64,000 nt of DNA from a virus (lineage: Duplodnaviria > Caudoviricetes): positions 1 through 64,000 of IMG/VR virus record IMGVR_UViG_3300032247_000928, one strand, 5' to 3'. The notes beneath the pieces were generated by a model, which was not told the DNA's origin, did no database searches, and was given only the letters and a program-made list of their open reading frames with translations. Of this stretch, positions 56,670 to 63,521 are shown piece after piece (position 1 is the first letter of the stretch; every line of letters starts with the position of its first letter). The position numbers and the translations under genes were made by a program.

Positions 56670-56891
56670 TTAAAGTATATAGTTAGATAATCCAATAATC
56701 TGAAGTGGAATTGCTGGTATATTGGCAATAGATGTTGGTATCTGTATTGTTGTAAATCTTATTCTAAAAGGTAAAACTGAATTTATCTTTACCCCATGAT
56801 TTTGTTGTATGATCTCTGTATTTGGAAAAAAGACTCTTTCAATATTTTTTGTAAAAACTGGGGTATTGTTATTTATAGCAACTGTCGCCAT
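56670..56891 (-). CDS. Hypothetical protein (73 aa)
   Basis: Start overlaps the stop of the upstream gene (TAATG). Confidence 0.7.
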   Translation of the reverse strand: MATVAINNNTPVFTKNIERVFFPNTEIIQQNHGVKINSVLPFRIRFTTIQIPTSIANIPAIPLQIIGLSNYIL

Positions 56892-57304
56892 TAGTTTGTA
56901 ACATCCTCAAGGAGAGTAATCTTCCCTTGAGCAACTGTCCAAACAAGTGTGTTTTGTGGAAGACTAATTTCAATATCAAAAATATCATTTGTTCTTAGTA
57001 ATGAAGTTTGGTATGCAGATAGTTTTACTTTAAACTCACCTCTACCATCCTCTAAATCTTGCTGTGGGTTAGTACTAAAAATTAAAGTTGCATCATCAGT
57101 AATTATTTGAGGATCAACTGGTGTATTTGGTCTTTTAAAGTCTATCTTAATATGCCAATCAGGAATAACCAAAGGCTGCTTTGCATCGTCTGTAAGATAA
57201 ACCATAAAGGAAACTGTGTCCCCTTTTACAATTGTCCAATTGACAAATGGTGGTTTTTCACCAATATCATATGTATTTGCGCCTTGCCCTCTATATGTAG
57301 CCAT
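56891..57304 (-). CDS. BppU-N-like Ig-fold virion protein, paralog 1
   Basis: WTIVKGDTVSF...GEFKVKLSAYQTSLL...DIEI...WTVAQGKITLLEDVT; similar to 61708-62121. Confidence 0.6.
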   Translation of the reverse strand: MATYRGQGANTYDIGEKPPFVNWTIVKGDTVSFMVYLTDDAKQPLVIPDWHIKIDFKRPNTPVDPQIITDDATLIFSTNPQQDLEDGRGEFKVKLSAYQTSLLRTNDIFDIEISLPQNTLVWTVAQGKITLLEDVTN

Positions 57305-57342
57305 AGTTCTTTTATTATATCATATAAGTAATGCTATATTTT

Positions 57343-57358
57343 GTTATCAAAACGTTAT
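57343..57358. promoter_or_regulatory. GTTAT-N6-GTTAT direct-repeat box (copy 1)
   Basis: TTGTTATCAAAACGTTATAA lies between divergent promoters; a near-identical copy is at 62317-62336. Confidence 0.45.
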
Positions 57359-57410
57359 AATTGTATCTTGGTACAAAACGGACATTAATTTGTACTTATG
57401 AGTAGAATAG

Positions 57411-57419
57411 TGCTATACT
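57411..57419 (+). promoter_or_regulatory. Extended -10 promoter (TGCTATACT) for the transglycosylase gene
   Basis: Followed at the predicted +1 by hairpin TGAGACCT-AAAA-AGGTCTCA (57425-57444) and SD AGGAGG. Confidence 0.68.
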
Positions 57420-57468
57420 TAATTTGAGACCTAAAAAGGTCTCATTCGTTTCTTAGGAGGTAAAAACT

Positions 57469-58011
57469 ATGAGAGAAACAAAAGTGTGGTTAGGGGTAAT
57501 GTTATTGGTGGTATCGTCTGCTGTTTTTGCAAACAATGCTAATGCCATTAATAATAAAATACTAAGTACATCTGCTTTGGATGAAACTACCGCCCATAAA
57601 GCGGTTTTTTTGGTTTCTAAGGAAGAAATATTAAAAAAGTATGAAAATGCAGCAACTCTTTCAGATAAAGATTTGGCCGTGATGCTTAAGGCAGTAGGGT
57701 TTAAAGGTAATGATCTAAAAGAAGCTTGGGCAATAGCAAAACGTGAATCTAACGGGCAACCAATTAGATTTAACGGTAATAAAAAAACTGGAGATAGTTC
57801 TTATGGACTTTTTCAGATTAACATGATCAGAGATTTAGGTCCAGAACGTCGTGAGAAGTTTAACCTTAGAACAAATTCTGATTTATTAAATCCAGTAGTA
57901 AATGCAAAAATAGCATTTTATATGAGCGATGGTGGTAAGAACTGGACTGCTTGGCATGGTTTAACGGCAAGGGCCAAGATGTGGATTGAGAAGTTCCCAC
58001 ATAACATTTAG
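57469..58011 (+). CDS. Secreted lysozyme-like/lytic transglycosylase (SLT/Rpf-like)
   Basis: Signal peptide, then AWAIAKRESNG (catalytic Glu), SYGLFQINM, NPVVNAKIA...GGKNWTAW. Confidence 0.85.
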   Translation: MRETKVWLGVMLLVVSSAVFANNANAINNKILSTSALDETTAHKAVFLVSKEEILKKYENAATLSDKDLAVMLKAVGFKGNDLKEAWAIAKRESNGQPIRFNGNKKTGDSSYGLFQINMIRDLGPERREKFNLRTNSDLLNPVVNAKIAFYMSDGGKNWTAWHGLTARAKMWIEKFPHNI

Positions 58012-58020
58012 TTATAAATA

Positions 58021-58060
58021 AAAAATCCCCCTTGGCTATATGCCTTGGGGGTATTTTTTT
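58021..58060. terminator. Bidirectional terminator between convergent genes
   Basis: A5-T-CCCCC-TT-GGC-TATAT-GCC-TT-GGGGG-TA-T7. Confidence 0.72.
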
Positions 58061-58069
58061 ATATATTTT

Positions 58070-58810
58070 TTAGTTATATTGTTTTTTATCCCAAAACATA
58101 GTCTTATATTTATCAAAAAACTTTGTATTTAATTTTATTTTTGTTTGCAAAATGTTTTCAATATCATTTTTATTGCCAATAACAGTTTCCCAACTATCTC
58201 TTTTGAAAGGAATAACCTGAGCAATTGGTGTTCCTTTTGGAATAATTCCTTCAAAATCTGGATCATTAACCACAAAAGGAAAATTAACTGGATTAGGATA
58301 TCTATCTGTGTCTACAATACCAGGAAGTATAGTAAATATAGATTCTCTATGCATTGGTTGAATAAATAATGAGGAGTATCCCTTTGGAGTTTGAATACCC
58401 CAAGGATTTATCCATTTTGGATAGGGAAATTCATTTTTTGCTGGATGATTTGGAGCCTGAGCAATTGGATGAAAATCAATTAAACTAAACCAAGACCAAA
58501 TAAAATGTTGTTGTTTTTCTAAACTATGATCTTGTGTCAAATCAATATTATTTAATTTTTCTTTTTCTACTTGTCTTGGAGAGATATATATATCTGCTGG
58601 TGACTCAATTATATATCCTGAAGTAATTGCATCAAAAACTGGAATACATTTTTTTATTGTAGAAGGAGTACTTCCATCGTCAAATGGTTTTTTTTCGTTG
58701 TCAACATAAGACTTAGTTTGCTTATACCAATCTGGAACATATCTTGATGCTGGTTTTGGTGGCTCTAAGTCCCTATAATCACTTACATTTGTAAAAATAA
58801 TTTTTTTCAT
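58070..58810 (-). CDS. Degenerate dUTPase-like family protein, paralog 3
   Basis: KKCIPVFDAITSGY, TPKGYSSLFIQPMHR, PGIVDTDRY, IPKGTPIAQVIPFKR; promoter TGATATAAT at 58830-58838. Confidence 0.72.
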   Translation of the reverse strand: MKKIIFTNVSDYRDLEPPKPASRYVPDWYKQTKSYVDNEKKPFDDGSTPSTIKKCIPVFDAITSGYIIESPADIYISPRQVEKEKLNNIDLTQDHSLEKQQHFIWSWFSLIDFHPIAQAPNHPAKNEFPYPKWINPWGIQTPKGYSSLFIQPMHRESIFTILPGIVDTDRYPNPVNFPFVVNDPDFEGIIPKGTPIAQVIPFKRDSWETVIGNKNDIENILQTKIKLNTKFFDKYKTMFWDKKQYN

Positions 58811-58874
58811 TAACTACCCCTTACAAATTATTATATCATAAAGAGTTAATAAAGAAAATAAAACTATATTTTTA

Positions 58875-59480
58875 TTAAGCAATAAAAGGATTTAGTACTA
58901 TTCCTGAATTTGGAAGAATATTTGGTTCATTTGCAGGAATTGATTGGGTAAATATTTTTCCAGCATATTCAGAAACTTTTGCTCTTCCATAAGGAACTTG
59001 TACCTCTGACATATTTGTAGCATTTTTAGTAACAACAAATTTATTTTCACTTACAACAGATACAATATTATAGGTTCCATTTAAATCTTCATTTTCTAAA
59101 GATTCAAGAACTACAGAATCGCCAATTTTATAATTATTATTAAAAATTGTTTCAACTGTAAGTTGATTTGAGTTAATTGATATTGCAGATATTGCTGGTG
59201 TTGTGCCCTCTCCAATTATAACATCAAACCCTAAATCTTGTAATAAAGTTTCTGCTTCTGTAGCACTCATTCCAAATACATCTGGAACTTCCAAATATGT
59301 TGAATTTGATATAAAGTTTGAATCAATATATTGATAGCCTACAGCAACATCTTCAGGCGCTTCAACTAATTGGTCATATTCATTTTCTTGAATGATTGAG
59401 TTAACAAGTTCTTCATTTAACTCTTCAAATAGTGTTATGTTTTCTACAATATTATTTTTTATACATGCATATTTTAACAT
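58875..59480 (-). CDS. Protein with a PASTA-like domain interrupted by a beta-rich insert
   Basis: EVPDVFGMSATEAETLLQDLGFDV ... KIFTQSIPANE...NSGIVL flank a ~75-aa insert. Start ATG 59480. Confidence 0.58.
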   Translation of the reverse strand: MLKYACIKNNIVENITLFEELNEELVNSIIQENEYDQLVEAPEDVAVGYQYIDSNFISNSTYLEVPDVFGMSATEAETLLQDLGFDVIIGEGTTPAISAISINSNQLTVETIFNNNYKIGDSVVLESLENEDLNGTYNIVSVVSENKFVVTKNATNMSEVQVPYGRAKVSEYAGKIFTQSIPANEPNILPNSGIVLNPFIA

Positions 59481-59481
59481 A

Positions 59482-60495
59482 TTAAGACACCTTCTTTTCA
59501 AATACTATAACTCGTCCTGCAGCGCCTGCACCGCCTGTGCCACCGTTACCGCCTCCGCCACCACCGCCAGATAAACCGTTACCTGCACCGCCTGTGCCAC
59601 CACCGTGACCACCGTAGTTCCAACTTGCATTGCGATAGTTAAAACTCATGTGCTGACCTGATCCGCCACCACCGCCACCGCCGTAAGGTGATCCACCAGC
59701 ATTTCCTCCGCTACCACCTGCGTGAGCAGAGTATCCGTCCCAAAGATCATTTGGACTTGTGCCGTTACCATTACCACCGTTACCACCGCCACCACCGTAG
59801 TTATAGGTTTGTCCAGGACCAGAAAGTGTTAGGTTTCCACCTGTACCGCCTCCACCTGCACCTCCACCGTTACCTGCTGTCTTTGATGTAGCATTTCCGC
59901 CACCAGTACTATCTAAATAAGAACCAAAAGAACTTGTTGCTCCGCCAGATGCGCCAACAGTAATTGTTGCTGTGTGACCTGGGGTTGGAAGATTAACTAT
60001 TCCAGAATATGCATTTCCTCCAGCACCACCACTTTGTCCAGAACCATTCTGTCCAGCACCAAAAGCATAAATACCTAATTGTGAAACGCCAGATGGTAAT
60101 GAGTATGACTGAGTTGTATTTGCTGTTACTGCTAATACCCAAGTTGCTGCTGCTGCAGTAATTGCACCAGAGTCTGCACTGTAAGTTGAGTTTCCAGTTG
60201 AGTTATTTGCTCTTGCTTTAAAGGTATATGATGTGCCATTAGTTAAGCCTGTAATTGTCAGTGGAGAAGATGATCCAGTTGCTGTAATATTACCTGGTGT
60301 TGATATAACAGTATAATCTGTTACTGCACCACCTGTAGTCGCTGAAGTAAATGCTATTTGTGCACCTAGATCAATTCTTGTTACAGAAGAGACTTCTGGA
60401 GAGTCTGGAACGTCAACAATCTTTGATGTTCCAGCGGAAGCATCAATGTATCTTGTACCCAATAGTCCAGAATTACTTGCTTTTTTAATAGCCAT
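59482..60495 (-). CDS. Gly-rich virion protein with an FN3 module
   Basis: PDSPEVSSVT...GGAVTDYTVIS.PG...LTITGLTNGTSYTFKARANN FN3, then a GGxGG-rich region. Confidence 0.75.
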   Translation of the reverse strand: MAIKKASNSGLLGTRYIDASAGTSKIVDVPDSPEVSSVTRIDLGAQIAFTSATTGGAVTDYTVISTPGNITATGSSSPLTITGLTNGTSYTFKARANNSTGNSTYSADSGAITAAAATWVLAVTANTTQSYSLPSGVSQLGIYAFGAGQNGSGQSGGAGGNAYSGIVNLPTPGHTATITVGASGGATSSFGSYLDSTGGGNATSKTAGNGGGAGGGGTGGNLTLSGPGQTYNYGGGGGNGGNGNGTSPNDLWDGYSAHAGGSGGNAGGSPYGGGGGGGSGQHMSFNYRNASWNYGGHGGGTGGAGNGLSGGGGGGGNGGTGGAGAAGRVIVFEKKVS

Positions 60496-60516
60496 GTTAA
60501 ATTATCCTTTTCTTAA

Positions 60517-60843
60517 TTATGAAATTTCTGATCCAAATGCTGAAAATGATGTGTTAGCATTTGAAGAATAAACCTGTACTTTATCGCCTGATGCAAGTGT
60601 AAGTCCAAGAGTTAACATGATTGAGTCTGATGCAGCAACTGTTGCTCCATATACAATCCAGTGTTTTGCAGCGGTTGAACCGTCTGCTGATGGACGTACT
60701 GCAATGCGATAAGTTGCAGATGAACCTGCTTGGTTGCAAATTGCAATAGTAGAAACTACTGCAGCAGCACCAGCGGTGTATAGTGTTGTTTCAGTTGTAG
60801 CACTTGGGTTAGACTGTGCTAGTACCTTGTAAGTTGTTGCCAT
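60517..60843 (-). CDS. Small virion structural protein (fibre/collar cluster)
   Basis: YKVLAQSNPSATTETTLYT...VSTIAICNQ...SFSAFGSEI; SD AGGAG; promoter TGATACAAT at 60872-60880. Confidence 0.7.
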   Translation of the reverse strand: MATTYKVLAQSNPSATTETTLYTAGAAAVVSTIAICNQAGSSATYRIAVRPSADGSTAAKHWIVYGATVAASDSIMLTLGLTLASGDKVQVYSSNANTSFSAFGSEIS

Positions 60844-60885
60844 TGTGTGGCTCCTATCTGTATATGTTAGTATTGTATCACATAT

Positions 60886-61620
60886 TTATGATACTGATAT
60901 ATACATACCCTTTAAAATAATACTGGACTCATTATCAGTTCTTGCCTGGATAATTCCACCTTCAGACCTTATTTTTGAAACATCTATATATAAAGTTTGG
61001 TTAAACGACATTTCATATGGGTATTTGTATTTAAGCATTCCTATATATCCCGTTGGAGATTCAACTTTTGGAATGAATGTTCTAATCCATGCTTCTGTAC
61101 TATTTGTATCGGTATTTAAAATAATATCATAACGTATATCAACCTTAGTACCAACTTTTAATTGTTTAAAATTAATTCTTTGGGTAATGGGATTCCATAA
61201 AGATACGTGCTCTGCAGGTAAAAATGTTAAAGTACTATTTGCTGGATCATCTGTCATTAAAATGTCTACCCAACCATCATCACCTCTATCTGGGCCAAGT
61301 AAAATTGGTTTTTTGTCTTGGTTTTGATAATACGCCCATCCAGGATATTGGCCAGAAGGGCTCTCGTATGATTGTCCTCCGCCTTTTCCTGGTTCACCCT
61401 TTGGTCCTTGAGGACCTTCTTTTCCATCTCTTCCTTGAGGACCTCTTTCGCCTTTTTCACCTTGTGGGCCTGCTGGTCCTTGAGCTCCTGTTTCACCTTT
61501 TTCGCCTTGAATTCCTGGTACGGCAATATACTCTGTATTACTTAATTGAGTTCCTTTTGTTTCTTTGATTGCCTCTGCATATCTTGATTTTGGGGCATCC
61601 ATATTTTTTGAAATAGCCAT
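60886..61620 (-). CDS. Collagen-like (Gly-X-Y) protein
   Basis: About 15 consecutive GXY triplets (GIQGEKGETGAQGPAGPQGEKGERGPQGRDGKEGPQGPKGEPGKG) followed by a beta-rich C-terminal domain. Confidence 0.85.
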   Translation of the reverse strand: MAISKNMDAPKSRYAEAIKETKGTQLSNTEYIAVPGIQGEKGETGAQGPAGPQGEKGERGPQGRDGKEGPQGPKGEPGKGGGQSYESPSGQYPGWAYYQNQDKKPILLGPDRGDDGWVDILMTDDPANSTLTFLPAEHVSLWNPITQRINFKQLKVGTKVDIRYDIILNTDTNSTEAWIRTFIPKVESPTGYIGMLKYKYPYEMSFNQTLYIDVSKIRSEGGIIQARTDNESSIILKGMYISVS

Positions 61621-61623
61621 TTA

Positions 61624-61707
61624 CTACTTCTTTACTTTAAAAATTGTACCATTTATCTTTATTAGTGGAGGCAGTTTAACGCTAGTGTCGTTAATTTTAA
61701 TTATCAT
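61624..61707 (-). CDS. 27-aa basic micro-protein
   Basis: MIIKINDTSVKLPPLIKINGTIFKVKK fills the gap exactly; its ATG abuts the upstream TAA and its stop is 3 nt before the next ATG. Confidence 0.6.
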   Translation of the reverse strand: MIIKINDTSVKLPPLIKINGTIFKVKK

Positions 61708-62121
61708 TTAAGATACCCCACTCGTAGTTCTTGTGCTTGCTGGAGAAACATCTCCTAATACGCATATCGTTCCAATTACTGGAGTCCAAGTCATTACCGA
61801 GGGACCATCTGGAACTACCGCTTGAAGATCAAAAGAAAGTTCTGCAACCACTGACTTATATTTTGTTCCCCAGTTTGCTGTTATATCTGCTGGGGCAGTA
61901 ACTGTAACAACACTTCCATTAGTTGTAACAACAAGTTCATCTAGAACATCTGCAATAGGGTCGTAGGCTGTTGCTGAGTAAGTCCAGCCTTCTGTATCAA
62001 ACTCTGTAACTTCGTCATTTTCAAGAAGGGAGACTGTAAAAGAAGCAGAGTCACCACGAACAACGGTCCATTGTATATTTGCTGGGGTGGCCCCAAATTT
62101 TTCTATCGTAGGTGAGCACAT
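61708..62121 (-). CDS. BppU-N-like Ig-fold virion protein, paralog 2
   Basis: IQWTVVRGDSASF...WTPVIGTICVLGDVS. Start ATG 62121, 7 nt after TGGTATAAT (62129-62137), leaderless. Confidence 0.65.
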   Translation of the reverse strand: MCSPTIEKFGATPANIQWTVVRGDSASFTVSLLENDEVTEFDTEGWTYSATAYDPIADVLDELVVTTNGSVVTVTAPADITANWGTKYKSVVAELSFDLQAVVPDGPSVMTWTPVIGTICVLGDVSPASTRTTSGVS

Positions 62122-62141
62122 ATCATTGATTATACCATAAT

Positions 62142-62200
62142 AAAAAGGACTGACTCCTAGGGGCAGTGGGGTGGGTAGAGAGCAACCTAGGAGCCAATCC
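62142..62200 (-). ncRNA. Putative ~59-nt stem-loop small RNA with C-rich loop
   Basis: TGTTATAAT (62206-62214) puts +1 at about 62200/62199, the first G of GGATTGGCTCCTAGG. This pairs (13 WC + 2 G-U) with CCTAGGAGTCAGTCC, followed by TTTTT. The 24-nt loop is UUGCUCUCUACCCACCCCACUGCC. Confidence 0.62.
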
Positions 62201-62214
62201 ATATGATTATAACA

Positions 62215-62476
62215 TTCATTTATACATCAGTTAGTAAACATCGTACCCCAATATATTAATTAGTAACAAAAAATTATAATTGGGAATTAAAATTATAATG
62301 CCAGAGTGTGTTGAAATTGTTATCAAAGAGTTATAAATACATATATACCAAATGTCCATATTGTCTCAATAAGCCAGAGTATTGATAGTGTATACTTAAA
62401 AATATAAAGAAAAGAAATAACTAACTAGCAAGATTTTAATATATCTTCTATATAGTATATGAGTAAATTATATAAA
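62215..62476. other. AT-rich non-coding region, candidate replication origin/control region
   Basis: Largest intergenic gap in the window; direct repeats AAATTATAAT x2 and GCCAGAGT x2; GTTAT-N6-GTTAT box; near the switch in transcription direction. Confidence 0.4.
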
Positions 62477-63457
62477 TTATTGTATGTTGGCGTAATCACT
62501 TGGAAAAGCACAATAATTATAGTAGGTGTCATCAAAATAAAAATTTGCGTATTCTTGAAATTTTTTTAGTTTTTCTTTGCTTTGCTCATTAGTTAAAAGG
62601 TTGCGTATTCTTTCGGTATTTTCTTTAACAATATCTCTGCCGTATTTTTTTTGTATATCTAGCAGATTTTTTCTTTCTCCAATACCATCAACTATATCCT
62701 GTGTATGTAAATGACTAATTACAGCCAACTCTCCAGGATAAACTAAAGTAAATCCGTTGTGTAATAGTTCCGATGTTTGCCAAATTTCTTCTTCATAAAA
62801 TAATGTATTTTCATCTAAATGTCTATTTTCTGCAAATAAATTATTTCCAAATATAAAAGCACCGCAAACTTTTGCTGCAGGAAGAATTTCTTCTTTTAAA
62901 AGCCTATCCTTTAATTTTTTTGATACTTCCGAAGGGTATGCATGACCAAATAGAGGAAATCTGCCATCACATACCCAAGTACTTTTATCAAACCAGATGT
63001 TATACCCAAGCACTTGCCTAAATAATATTTCCTCATATTCTCCTTGATCATTTTTTTTGTATGTGTAGTGTGCTGGTGTGCCCGTTAGTAGCAATTTATT
63101 ATTTTTTAATTTTTTTACCGCATACTCGTGTTTTTGTATAAGATACTCGTCCCAGGCATTAATAAATCTTGAGTGTGAATCAATCTGCAAAATATATTCT
63201 TCTTTGTTATAAAAACTTATTGGTAATTTTTTCCCAATACCAGTACCTATGTGATTTTTATAGTTATGAAATGATATTTTTACGTGTGTGTTATCTTTAA
63301 ACTCTTCTATTACTTTTTTATAATAGTCCTTTTCGCCAATAATGGCAATACCTAAAAATATTTTATCGGGATTATTTGCATTATTTATACAAGACTTTAT
63401 GGTGGGTATTAGTTCGGTGTCTCCACCAAAACAAGGAATTGATACAAAAATTGACAT
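62477..63457 (-). CDS. GT60-like glycosyltransferase, paralog 2
   Basis: IFVSIPCF.GD.EL..TI.SCINNANNPDKIFLGI, YILQIDSHSRF, GAFIFG, YEEEIWQT. Leaderless (ATG 6 nt after TGATACAAT at 63464-63472). Confidence 0.78.
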   Translation of the reverse strand: MSIFVSIPCFGGDTELIPTIKSCINNANNPDKIFLGIAIIGEKDYYKKVIEEFKDNTHVKISFHNYKNHIGTGIGKKLPISFYNKEEYILQIDSHSRFINAWDEYLIQKHEYAVKKLKNNKLLLTGTPAHYTYKKNDQGEYEEILFRQVLGYNIWFDKSTWVCDGRFPLFGHAYPSEVSKKLKDRLLKEEILPAAKVCGAFIFGNNLFAENRHLDENTLFYEEEIWQTSELLHNGFTLVYPGELAVISHLHTQDIVDGIGERKNLLDIQKKYGRDIVKENTERIRNLLTNEQSKEKLKKFQEYANFYFDDTYYNYCAFPSDYANIQ

Positions 63458-63521
63458 ATTTTCATTGTATCATAAAACCTAATATTTATTTAGTGTATAC
63501 TTAATATAAAAGGGAAAATAA

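Noticed and set aside
57420-57468. c-di-AMP (ydaO) riboswitch upstream of the Rpf-like gene
   Set aside because: The predicted leader is only about 45 nt with a single hairpin, too short for that aptamer.
62161-62176. G-quadruplex in the G-rich plus strand of the small-RNA loop
   Set aside because: Only three clear G-runs (GGGG, GGGG, GGG); better explained as the complement of the C-rich loop.
62122-62202. 27-aa N-terminal extension of ORF 61708-62202 in the ORF track
   Set aside because: Its ATG is only 3 nt from the -10 hexamer with no SD, it crosses a hairpin plus U-tract, and a second promoter fits a leaderless start at 62121.
62459-62570. Short plus-strand ORF (MSKLYKLLYVGV...) downstream of the orphan promoter-like 14-mer
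   Set aside because: About 36 codons, no SD, and mostly antisense to the glycosyltransferase 3' end; cannot be supported.
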